From Dipteris shenzhenensis (Eukaryota): a stretch of DNA of 64,000 bases. The notes below the pieces were generated by a model that saw only the letters and a list, made by a program, of their open reading frames with translations, did no database searches and had not been told where the DNA came from. The first letter of the stretch is position 1, and each line of letters begins with the position of its first letter. The position numbers were made by a program, and so were the translations under genes. The stretch is taken from NCBI GenBank assembly GCA_047967505.1, contig CM106538.1, one strand, 5' to 3'. Of this stretch, positions 1-11,148 are shown piece by piece.

Positions 1-745
1 AATTTCAGGTCTTCAAAGCTGTGCTGTGCATTTGTAGACCTCATAAAAGCATCTTTCTTCAAAAGGTCCGTCAGAGGGGCTGCCCGCTTGGCAAACTTGC
101 GAATAAAGCGCCTGTCGAAGGAAGCAAGACCTAGAAATCCCCTCAACTGAGTAGGGTTGCGTGGCTGTGGCCAATCCACAATGCATTTCACCTTTGCAGG
201 ATCCACTCGAATGCCATCCTTGCTCACAATGTGACCAAGATACTCAACCTCTTGTGCCATAAAAGTGCATTTGCTGGCTTTAGCATAAAGCTGATGCAAC
301 CTCAAAATTTCCAGCTCTTGCTTGACATGTCTGATGTTTTCATGCTTATCCTTGTTGTAAATGAGGATGTCATCAAAAAATACCAGCACATATTTGAAAA
401 GGAGAGGCTGTAAAATCTTGTTCATGAGTGCCTGGAAGATAGCTGGTGCATTGGTCAATCCAACATGCATCACCTTGAACTCATATAGTCCCCTCTCTGT
501 GCGAAAGGCTGTCTTGTGCTCATCCCCAGCTTTCGTTCTAATCTGATGATAGCCGGACCTCAAATCAATCTTAGTGAAAAACTGAGCACCCTTGAGATCA
601 TCCAACAAGTCATCTATCTTGGGGATTGGAAACCTGTTCTTGATGGTGACCTTATTCAAGTCTCTGTAGTCAATGCACATACGGTAAGAACCATCCTTCT
701 TCTTCACTAGGAGCACAGGGGATGCAAAAGGAGAAGTGCTATGAG
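1..745 (-). pseudogene. Ty3/gypsy reverse transcriptase fragment
   Basis: Manual translation: [48 protein letters not shown]...[12 protein letters not shown]...[10 protein letters not shown]...[20 protein letters not shown]...LRGFLGL; frameshifted. Confidence 0.92.
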
Positions 746-1987
746 CCAAATGGTTGGTTTCTGAGGAGAATCCCTCATGTATCGCCACCATGTGTGGGCA
801 TAGTCTTGCATATGCATACCTGCAAAAATGATGCGCTTCTCCTTAGACTTGGGGTAGAAGCAAAAATAGTCTTCCAGCTTCGTGAGCCACTCCTCCAACT
901 CATTGGGAGTGCGAGTGTCCCCTTTAAACTTATGCACTGTGAGTTTGTCCTTCATATCCTTAGCTGCATAATTCTTGTGAGTGTAGCCTCCAGGAGTGCG
1001 GGCATCATCACGCTTGAGGTTCACATAATTGGAGAAGGGCATCTCAAGTTTGATGGCCTCAGGTAGGGCCCTGTATGAACGCAAAGAATCTGCCAACATG
1101 TCATCAAAAGTGGCTCGCTGCCCACCATCAACCCTCTGCTGCGTAGAAGTTGTTGCCATATGATGCACTGGCTGCGTCTGGCTATATGTGCTCGCTGGGG
1201 GAGCGATAGGTGTATGAACTCCGGGCTGGGTCTCTCTGCCAAGTGCATCTCTCCGGAATGATGGCATACCAAAGGGCTGAGAAGAGGACTGACCTCTCTC
1301 CTAGGGGTGTGGGCTGCCATATAAACCCAAGCCAACTCCAGGCATACTCGTTGGTGTGGTGAAAGGAGCACTAGCCGGATGCACACCAACGGGTCGGCCC
1401 AAAAGAGACGGTTCAGCATGCATAGATGCAGAAAGATGAGAGCCAAAAGATGGCTTGACATCTTGCAAGAAGGTGCTGTGTGGCACAGAAAATACATCAT
1501 CTATGTCGAGAGAATCCCCAAGTTGGGGTACATGCAATGGTCCAGAAGACTGATGCTCATAGGCATGATGGCCATTTGCCATAAAACCCCTGTGTGGGGC
1601 AGACAAAACATCCTGACTATTTGAATGGTCCCCTTGCTGGGATGCGGGCTGCTTACCCTTATCCTGCATAGCAATGGCAGATGTGATTTGCTGACCAATC
1701 TGCTGTCCCATCTGGACAAGAGCCGTATCTTGCATATCCATGGCTGTGGTAAGATGCTGGCTGAACTCCTGTCCTATCTGGCGGAAAGCACCCTGGAGGA
1801 TAGAGGAAAGGGCATCTAGAAACTGCGTCTGCGCTGCCTGGGCTTCCCGGAATGCAGGAGAGAGAGGCTGAGTGGAAGGAACCTCTGCACCACCAGTGGC
1901 TGCAACCACTGTGGCAGGCACTTACTCATACTGAGCAGCCTCATCAGTGTCATGCGATACATCTCGAGGGACACGCTTCGGTGCCAT
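746..1987 (-). pseudogene. gag of element A, disrupted and C-terminally truncated
   Basis: ORFs 1922-2158, 1301-1921 and 707-1267 in succession; capsid-like KFKGD...LEEWLTKLEDYF...[13 protein letters not shown]; abuts RT directly with no zinc knuckle or protease. Confidence 0.8.
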
Positions 1988-2991
1988 GGTGATTGGCCCT
2001 GGAGAGAGGAGCTCGAATATAGCTCGAATATAGGCAAGGAGAAATGGATAACAAAATCTTGCGTAATTAGCACCCGAGATAATGCGTGGAAACACGAAAA
2101 TGTTGATGGAGAGGCTTGGAAGAAGGGTCGTTGAAGAAGCTTCGAAAACGAGGTCCAAATGAGCCCAAATAGGGTTGTGGAAAGCCCCGAAAAGAGGCCG
2201 GAATTATTATTATTATTATTATTTTTTGGGGGTGAAAGGGATCCTAAGTCACCTAGGACTACTCTAACCTAGGACCTTAAGGACTGTTAAGACAGTGTCT
2301 TAGACCAATCTAACCCAATGTTTAACCTTTGTTAGTACTAACCTAACCTAGAGCCAAACTAACTAAACCTAATTGACTAAACCTAACCTAATCCAATCTA
2401 CTAACTTAACTCAATCCACTAACTAAACCTAACCAAACTAGCCAGACCTAATCTAACCCAACTAACTCTGACTACTGAACCCTAGGAAAGAAGAAGGGCT
2501 AAGGTTTTTTTTGGCAAGGTAAATGGTGACGGCGGGTGACGATGATGGGGTGGGGCGGGGTGGGGTGTGGCAGCCATGGCGTGGTTGGCTAAGGGAAGCA
2601 AGGACGGTGGGAAAATTGGAGCAGCGATGGTATCCGGGGTAGTTGGAGTAGCGACGACGGGATGGCGGGGGAGCTGGAGCAGCGACGACCAGAGTGGAGT
2701 GGATTTGGAGGTAGGGAACGACGGGGAAGTTGGAGCAGCAACGTAATCGTACTGGATTTGGAGGCAAGGAACGACGGGGAAGCTGGTGCAGACTTGGAGC
2801 AGATACGTAAGGACACGTCGTTGATGGCGCACGTCTGTGCTGTTTGTTGCTGGTAGCCCACGCTTGTTTCCTTGACGTAGCTGGGCCGACGATGGGCTAG
2901 TAGTTCCCCTCAGTCTGAAGCGCTGGTAAACTACGATTGATAGCAAGACTCAGTGAGGGTCAGGTGCCAAGAGCTTGGGCTTTGATACCAA

Positions 2992-3307
2992 TGTAGAGAA
3001 GGGGGTAGGGACAGATTTGGAGAAAGGTGGATAGAGGAGTAGAAGGGGGAGAGAAAGAGAGGGGAAGAGGGAGAGGAAGGGTAGGAGAGAGAGAATGAGG
3101 TAGGAAGAGAGGGAGAGATTGAGAGGGAGTAGGGAAGAGAGAGAGAGAAAGTGAGTGAGCGTAGGCAGGAAGGAGGAAGGGAGAGTAGATAGGATTAGAT
3201 GTCACATCAAAAAGTACATAGTAGTGGGTGGATGGAGACTTATATAGTCCCTCCACATTTTCCACCTAAAGGGCCTCTAACTTGACCTCTTTTTCCCCTT
3301 CATTACA
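2992..3307 (-). repeat. 5' LTR of element A (~316 bp)
   Basis: TGTA...TACA termini, adjacent tRNA-iMet-type PBS, clearly homologous to 4453-4755. Confidence 0.85.
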
Positions 3308-4755
3308 GAGTGGAAGAAACCTCTGCACCACCAGTGGATGCAGCCACTGTGGTAGGCACTTGCTCATACTGAGCAGCCTCATTAGTGTCATGCAATATAT
3401 CACGAGGGGCATGCTTTGGTGGCATGGTGACTTGCCCTGGAGAGAGGAGCTCGAATGTAGGCAAGGAGAAATGGATAGCAAAACCCTGCTGTAATGAGCA
3501 CCTAAGATATATTGTGGAAAACACGAAAATGTCGATGGAGAGGCTCAGAAGAAAGGTCGTCGAAGAAGCTTTGAAATGGGGCTTGAATGAGCCAAAATAG
3601 GGCTGTGGAGAGCCCTTAAAGAGGCTGAAAATTTCTGAGGTTTTTTTTGGGGTTTTTGTTTTTGGGGGGGGGGGACCTAAGTCACCTAGAACAGCTAGGA
3701 CAGCCCTAACCTAAGAACTCTAGAACAGTTAGGACAGGTAGTTAGTATGACCTAACCTAACCATGATTGAACCTAGCCGTGGTTAGGTTGACCTTATAAC
3801 CTAACCCAATCTAGCTAACCTAACCTCACCTAACTAACTAAGGCTAATTGACTAGAGCAAACCTAACAGCCTAACCTTCCTACTAACCCCTGGTTGAACT
3901 AACCTAGGAAGACTTGTAGGACTAAGGTTTGTTGGACAGGCGTGGCGTCGGCATGGCAGAGGCGAGGGTGCGGCGACGACGGGTGCTGGCGGATGCGTGG
4001 CCACAGAGGTGTGGCAACGGGGGACACGTGGGTACGTGAGGCAAGACGCGGGTCGACGGACAGGTTTGTTGTGGCGGGTATGGCAGTGGTATTGCGGGTG
4101 TGATTCAGGCTGAGCGGTGACGTTGGAGTCGAGATTGGGCACCACCTGTTGAGTTCTCGTCAGGCAGCTAAAGTCTGTGTGATCCTGTAGGCTGGTCCGT
4201 TTGCTTACGGTAACTACTGGTCGAGGTTCACAGGAGGATAGTCGTTTGGCCGGTGAGGTATCCCATCCCCAGGCACTCCTCCAAGCATATGCAAATGCGC
4301 CTGCTAGTCTTCAACGCTCGTGGCTTCTAGATGAGCAGATTTCAGGAGATGTGACGATTCCCTGTCAGCGCTATTTGGTCTCGCTCTTGGTCGTAGTTGC
4401 ACGTTGGCACGATGGTATAGCATTGACTCCTGGGAAAGTGCTCTGATGCTAATGTAGAGAAGGGGGAAGGGGCAGATTTGGAGATGGGGAGAGAATAGCA
4501 GAAGGAAGGGAGGAGAAGAGAGGAGAAGGGGAAGGAGAGAGGAAGAGAGAGAAGGATGAGGGGATAGAGAGATAGAGAAAGGGAGGAGAGAGAGTGTGAG
4601 CGTAGAGCAAGTAGCAGGAAGGAGGAGGGAGAGTAGATAGGAATAGATGTCACATCAAAAGTACCATACAAATCATTAGGAGTTGACTTATATAGTCCCC
4701 CTTCTTTCTCCTATCTTACCACCAATATCCCTCCTTTTTTCCCACCTTCATTACA
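3308..4755 (-). mobile_element. 5' part of related gypsy element B (LTR 4453-4755, degenerate PBS, leader, first ~35 gag codons), interrupted by element A
   Basis: LTR homologous to 2992-3307; PBS-like TAGCATCAGAGC; gag start MPPKHAPRDILHDTNEAAQYEQVPTTVAASTGGAEVSST parallels element A MAPKRVPRDVSHDTDEAAQYE.VPATVVAATGGAEVPST. Confidence 0.85.
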
Positions 4756-4762
4756 GGGGGCA

Positions 4763-5543
4763 TGTAGCCCTGGATCTGGCCTGGCAAAATGGAACCTCAG
4801 AGCAGGCGTACGGCCTGCAACAGGGCCCTGTGAAGGGCGCGATAACATCAGCAGGGTACGGCCCCACTGTATGGGGCTGTACGGAAGCCTATTGGATGAA
4901 AGACAGGGCTGATGGAAGCCTGGCTGAAGGCAGGATCTGCAGTGGCCAAAGGCGCCTGCATGGCAGGCGCCGTTGGGCCTTGTATGGAGCCTGCAACAGG
5001 CCTGGAACAGGGCCAGCAGGTGGGCAGAGTGCCTGGGCCTATGGCGGGCTGCCACGTGGCCAGGCGGGGTCAGTTTACAGACTTGGGGGGGGGCAGACTG
5101 GTCGGCCCAAACAGACCCTAAAAATCGGCCAGTCTGGTCAGTTTTTGCAGCAAGGCCTTGGGCCTATGAAAGGAGAGGCTTTGGGCCTCAATTGGATATC
5201 TTCTGGAGCAGCAAAAGACAAGCAGACAGGAGCAGCAGGAGCCCTACTCTTGGAGCCTATTCCCAGAGGACCACCTAGGCTGACATTCAGGGCAGCAAGG
5301 TTGAGGAGAACACTCTAGACAGAGAGTCTACATTTGCTCGAGGTGGAGCACGCGAGCTTAGAGATCTAGAAGTGCTTGACATCTAGTAGGAGAACCTTTT
5401 GGTATTGTATCCTGTCCTACTTTGTGGACGGACGGAAATATAAAGTGTTGCTTCTATATTTGTCTCTTAGCATTGTCTATTTACTGGCTTGCACATCTAT
5501 GCACATTAAGTTAAGAAGTTTGTGATTCCAGACCCCTACTACA
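4763..5543 (+). repeat. Probable 3' LTR (~780 bp) of a third retroelement
   Basis: TGTAG...CTACA inverted termini, preceded by a PPT-like remnant GGGGGCA; GC-rich U3-like part followed by an AT-rich part. Confidence 0.55.
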
Positions 5544-5619
5544 CTGTGTGAGCTCCTAGGAAATACTGTAAGTCTTCCACTGTGCGTATTCTCTGTTGGT
5601 TCATTTCTAACAGATTACC

Positions 5620-6120
5620 TCATCACTTTTAGAAGCAAATATGAGTACTATGAGTTTTTGGAATGCCATTTGGGCATACCAACGCTCTAGGTGTTGATGA
5701 ATGATTTACTACACTCATAAATCAGAAAGCTCATAGTCCGTTTAGTGATGATATGTTACAACAAAAGTATTGTTGAGCATAGAGAACATTCAAGAAAGTG
5801 TTCAGTCTCCTAAGAGAAGCTAGTCTCTACATGAATAAGAAAACAAATGTGTTATGGATGGTTAAGTTTCAATATCTAGGATTATCGTTGCGTGAGTTGA
5901 TCCCTGATAAATTACCTTATCTTTGGACAAGAAAGTTTTTGATGTAGTAAAGAGAGTAGTGTTGTATGCCGTGATCCATGTTTTGAAAGCATGGAGACAT
6001 TATTCATATGGTGCAAAGTTTTATGTTGTTGTCGATCACGATACTCTGAAATATTTTTGCAAATAGTCTGATTTGATTAATAAAGTTGCTGATGCATTGT
6101 CATGCATTATGCATAATACG
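5620..6120 (+). pseudogene. Highly degenerate gypsy RT/RNase H remnant
   Basis: TFRSKYEYYEFL..PFG.TNA and VIHVLKAWRHYSYGAKFYVVVDHDTLKYF...NKVADALS motifs. Confidence 0.7.
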
Positions 6121-6399
6121 AGTTTCATAGTATTAGAAAGCGCTGTAATGATATGACATTAGAGAACTCAGAAAGTTGGCGAGTATGTCCAGAGCCTTTG
6201 GCCTAAGGCTGTTGTGTTAAAACTTGGGGTTAGAGATGACCTGGCATGTAGGGAAGGCCATACATATGTAAGAAATACCGTAGATGATGGTATTCTTAAG
6301 AGTAATGGCAAGAAAGTAGTACCTAATCAGAATGATCTAGCAGAATTTCTTTTGCACAGATTCTAGCTCGTCGTCATATTGCTCCTTCCACTTATAGAC

Positions 6400-6720
6400 G
6401 ATGTTTGTCGTTGTGACAGTCTATGCCCCATTCATGATTCGGTTCATGATTTCTTATTTCTGTTACAGCAACAGCTTCAGGTTTCCCCAGTGCTTGCTTT
6501 GGCAATCGATTTTGGTTGCTGGACTTCCATCCGGTTAGGTAGTGATATGATTTTTTTCAAAAACTGTGTTTGTTATTGGGCAGTATGGACCCTACGGAAA
6601 GATTGCAACCATCAGGTCTTTGGTGAGCCCTTTGTTGCTAAATATCAGTTATGTCGGGCATCTCTTAGGCTATCATTTTATGATTGTCTATGTGCATGGG
6701 ATCTAGATTATCCTACCTAT
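6400..6720 (+). pseudogene. Degenerate LINE ORF2 C-terminal (zf-RVT-like) remnant
   Basis: C..LCPIHDSVHDFLF and YWAVWTLRKDCNHQVF resemble the C..C...ES..H.F and W..W..RN..VF motifs. Confidence 0.45.
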
Positions 6721-7325
6721 CAATATTTAGAGGCCCAGCAATTTTGGTCTTGTTCCAACCATTGACGCCCAACATGGGTATGAAAAACCAACGGCACAAA
6801 CCCACACATGTGCTAGTGCATGCATCTAGGCTTTTCATTGAAAAGCGCATGTGTAGACGTATATATGGGACAAGACTTGTAAGGTGCTTGGACCCATAGT
6901 GACCTAGAGATATGCGAGGTCTTGTCTCATTATGAGACATAGAGCCATGGATTTCACCTTATCCTATAAAAAATTTACCACTTGAAGGTGCGGGTTACGC
7001 ACCCTTAATCAAGAGCTCATGTTCCTCCAAATGCAATAGAACCTTGCAAGAATCTTTATACCATCATTATTTAGAGGCCTACCAATTTTTGTCTTGTTTC
7101 GACCATCGATACCCATTGCCCAACATGGGTATGAAAAACCGACATTGCAAAACCACACGTGTGCTAGTATATTCCCGTAGGATTTTTAATTGAAAATTGC
7201 TATATGGGACAAGACTTTGTACAGTGCTCGGTCCCATTATGTCCTAGAGACATACGAGGTCTTGTCCCATTATGAGACAGAGAGCCATGGATTTGACCTT
7301 ACCCTATCAAAAATTTATCAAGTAA
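6715..7325. repeat. Diverged tandem duplication (~350-bp period)
   Basis: Blocks TATTTAGAGGCC, GCCCAACATGGGTATGAAAAACC and GAGGTCTTGTC.CATTATGAGACA.AGAGCCATGGATTT each occur twice. Confidence 0.8.
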
Positions 7326-7390
7326 AGGCTGTCGCTTTCTTTGGGACTGTTTCTTGTAATATAATGACAAATGGATTTCACAAAAAAGTT

Positions 7391-7405
7391 GTGTGTGTGT
7401 GTGTC

Positions 7406-7468
<63 letters not shown>
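7391..7468. repeat. Compound (GT)n/(CA)n microsatellite
   Basis: Seen directly. Confidence 0.95.
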
Positions 7469-7474
<6 letters not shown>

Positions 7475-8156
7475 GAATCCATGAACATGCCAAACACATC
7501 CTCCTATAAAGTGGTATTATGCTTTTTCCTATTCAATGCTGATATGGATTTGGCTAACATTAACTATTACCAATTATTTGAGATGTAGATTTGGTTCAGT
7601 GGGAAGTCAAGCAGTCGACTATAAGATCCACGCTGCATTCAGGATGACTGTGTTTTTGAGCCATAGCTTGTTTTTGAGAATAAACAGCATGGTGAATCCT
7701 TACTTCTATGCCATCTATATCATGTTCTTTTTGGGCGCTGGGGTGTGGGGGGGGGGGGGGGGTGTTCAAGTCAAACTAAATTAAAAGTTGGAGTCTTTAA
7801 ACAAGTTCCCATCATGAGCTGTTTACTGTTGATGTATTATATTGATTCAATTGACTTCCGTGTACACCTGTCAAAATTTAAAAGCACAGCTATTGCCACA
7901 TTCTGTGCATTTATCACTAATCAGATTATCAGGTGTTGAGCTTTTAAGGGTAAAACGTTCAAACAATTTTCTCCACCTGTTTCATTCCTAAGCCTGATCA
8001 GCAGTATTTGTTCTTTCTGATCTGACTAGTCCTGTAAATAATAATTTTCCTGGAATATTAAAATTGTATGGTGGAACTGTCTACTGTGTGTTCTATTTAT
8101 TTGTTTCTCTGAATGCATTGGATAGTTATGATATGTAAGCGATGGTATGTATGCAG

Positions 8157-8315
8157 CCTTCATCTGATAAGAACAAACCAACGAAGCTTCACAGGAGGAA
8201 GCATCAGATCGGGTCTTTGTATTTTGATATGAAGCAGAAAGAGATGGAGCTTTTAGAAAGGAGGGCTAAAGGAAACTTGACTAAGTCTCAAACACAGGGA
8301 AAATATGGTTGGTGA
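8157..8315 (+). CDS. PRCC: Terminal coding exon of a PRCC-family (proline-rich, mitotic checkpoint MAD2B-interacting) protein
   Basis: After TGCAG acceptor: PSSDKNKPTKLHRRKHQIGSLYFDMKQKEMELLERRAKGNLTKSQTQGKYGW-stop, the conserved PRCC C-terminus (RKHQI...KYG[FW]). Too short for the ORF track. Confidence 0.88.
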   Translation, partial: PSSDKNKPTKLHRRKHQIGSLYFDMKQKEMELLERRAKGNLTKSQTQGKYGW

Positions 8316-9152
8316 GGTCCATTTATCGGGGAAATATTGGATTGGAAGCATGGTGCCTAATATTTCAGGGGCAACCGGAGATGAAGAAGCAAGCATGATG
8401 GACCTTCATCAGATGCTGAGCATGGGTATGGCAGATTGATGGAAAAACGTCTCGTAAAGCTTACTTTTGGGCGTGCTTAATGTCAGTGCCATAACTTTGT
8501 AAATCATTCCTGCCTCAGAGTGTCAGGCTCTTATTCATTTGTGTTTTGCAATGGGAAATGAATAAGATATGAAATGTGAGTGGCCATGGTCAAGCTTCCT
8601 GTTTAATTTTGGTTCTATTTCCTCGTGTAATTGATGACTTTGGCTAGCATGGTAGGATATCTTCCCAATTCAGATGCTTCCTGCAGCTAAGAGTTTGACA
8701 TGTTGGCAAAGGCAGACAGTATTAAGGCATATGCCCTACACATGCATGCATGTGTGCACCCAGTGCTTGCTCAAGTGTGTGCAGATCTCTCATAAGGAAA
8801 AAGGACTTTCTATATTTGGACCAGAGGCAAATGTCTTACATGAATTTCTTATTTTTGGAAAGTTTGATGTGAGTATATATAGTTAACTTTTGTGGTTCGT
8901 AGGTGGAAATATGTAGAAGGAACACTTTTAGCAAAAAGGACATGCTATGCTTCTATACAGAAGTATGAATATGGCAATGCAAGAAAAATGGTGTAACTCG
9001 TCGAAGAATTTGGAAGCTTCTTGTGAGCTGAAGTCAAGTACGTGATGATGTAATGAAGTATAAAGAACTATCTTGGTTGACATGGAAGAGAGTTGGTTTG
9101 TGTGGCTTTGTAGTCTCTTATTGTTGTGTAATGGACTTGTAAGGGCTTTTCA

Positions 9153-9154
<2 letters not shown>

Positions 9155-9198
<44 letters not shown>
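9155..9198. repeat. (CT)n microsatellite
   Basis: Seen directly. Confidence 0.95.
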
Positions 9199-9201
<3 letters not shown>

Positions 9202-11099
9202 TGCACTCGTGCCATGGAATTGTGCAAGCTCGATTAGAGTGAGCTGGGCACCTCAATTTCATTACTTGTGAATATTGAATATTTGGCTGCCAAGGATACC
9301 TTTCTTCTAGTATAATGTGGATTTGTCGAGTGACACCGGTTTTTTGTTAGCAATGAGACACCATGCTCCTCGTATTTCTTTCACTATGGCTTGTTTGAGA
9401 AGTGAGATTCTATTTTATTAGGGCCATGTGAAGCCTCTTGGATGCTTGAGCATCCTCCTATCCCATACGCGGCAAACATCATTTGAACTACTTTCTATAT
9501 TATTTATTGAGATGGGGTGATATTTGCACCAGCTAGGACAGGTTGAACCAGAGGGGCATTTTATCATTGCAAGATCTTTAGTGCTTTTGCTTCTATCGTT
9601 AACGCGTTCCTTGATTCATCAACCAAATTAGTGTCACTTAACAACTTTTATTTGGTGGTAGTCTCGCAGAAGACATGCTCCCTTCAGAGCTTTGGGATGG
9701 AGAACTATTAATTTGCTGAGAGAAGCATGACCAATCTCTAGGATATTTTGTTTGATTTTTTTAGCAGTAGACTTATGAGAGCGGCTTAGAGAGTAAAGGC
9801 AATGTGTTGATGATGCATTCTTAGGAGTACGTATGACCTAAAAATGACATGCAGTGATAATGGGTCATTGTATTGTACCTTTCAATTTATTTATTCAAAT
9901 TCCCCATGTATGGAAGATGTAACCATAGCCAAGTTCACAAACTCACGTGGATATTCAAAGTGTCAAAGTTGTGTAGTTATAGGAGTTTATAGGAGAATCA
10001 AGTTTTACTTTGAGCCAGCTCAGGTTGCAGTTTCTCATACTCTACATGGCATTGCACGTATGATTGAAGTGGAACTTAACCAGTATACTAAAGTTATTAG
10101 ATGGGGTGGACGGAGCTGTATGGACATAACAGCTAATAAGTGAGGTAGGAGCTAATGAAAGTGAGGATTTTTTAAAATGAGGGGGAGACTTGTGGATACC
10201 CTATGTTATATAATACTGGCTGTTGCTTTCTGATTTACTATCGGGGATATTAAACCACTAGAATATGATGTAACTTTTTTTCTTTGATTAATGTCTAATA
10301 TCAAAGAAGATTTTTTTGTAGGAAAACCTTTGCTAAATCCTTCTAATTCATAAACATGTCTCCTCTTCAAATTAAAAGGTATTTGTATAGCTGCTTATGC
10401 TTGGGCACCGATGACGACATAAGCATTGCTTTGCTTGCTAGGTATGTCTACCCTTTTTTGGGGTGGTGGGGGGTGGTGTTTAGCTCTTTTTTCTTCTCTT
10501 TTGTTCTCTCTTTTATTAGCACTGGCTCGTTAGAGACAGTGCTTTAGTTTGGGGTTGAGAGTAATGTGATTCTTTTCTTTTTTGGATTTTTTGAAAAACT
10601 CGGTCACTATGACTTTAGTCCAGTTAACTGGAGGACTGTGAGGCTTTTTGCATGCACTCACGGTGCAAGCTTGAATCTGTGATTGATGCCCCTCCCTTTC
10701 CGCTTGTTGCATCACCAGCCTCCAATTGCTCCAGATTGTTTCAATCTCTGTTCCTCACACTTTATCGTCGCCTCTGTCTCTGCTCACGGTGCTCCATTCC
10801 TCCAAGAAACTCAGCAGCATCACAACAGTTTGCTTGCCCTTGAAGATGCATTGTGCGCCGGACCTTCTTGCGATGTGCCGGTTTCTCCACCAGCTCTAGA
10901 TTCGTTGCTCTGCTAAATCCATACAAGCTAGGTTAGGACCTTCGGACTGTGTATAGAAGGTGAAAGGTACAACTGAGATGTCTGTTGAATCCATGCAAGC
11001 TACGCTGGCGCCTTCAGACTGTGTATAGCGAGGTAGAATGAAATACTAACTCTCTTGGAATCTCGCGCTCATAATTTACTGTAGAAACACCCTCATAAG

Positions 11100-11148
<49 letters not shown>

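Larger units (their letters stand above)
1..3307 (-). mobile_element. Ty3/gypsy LTR retrotransposon A (5' LTR, PBS, leader, gag, internally deleted pol); runs off the window start
   Basis: Minus strand: LTR TGTAATGAAG...CTCTACA (3307-2992), PBS TGGTATCAAAGC (2990-2979), gag from ATG 1987, then RT motifs down to base 1. Confidence 0.9.

Noticed and set aside
4683-5318. 211-aa ORF
   Set aside because: Spans an LTR junction and GC-rich LTR-like sequence; no recognisable motif.
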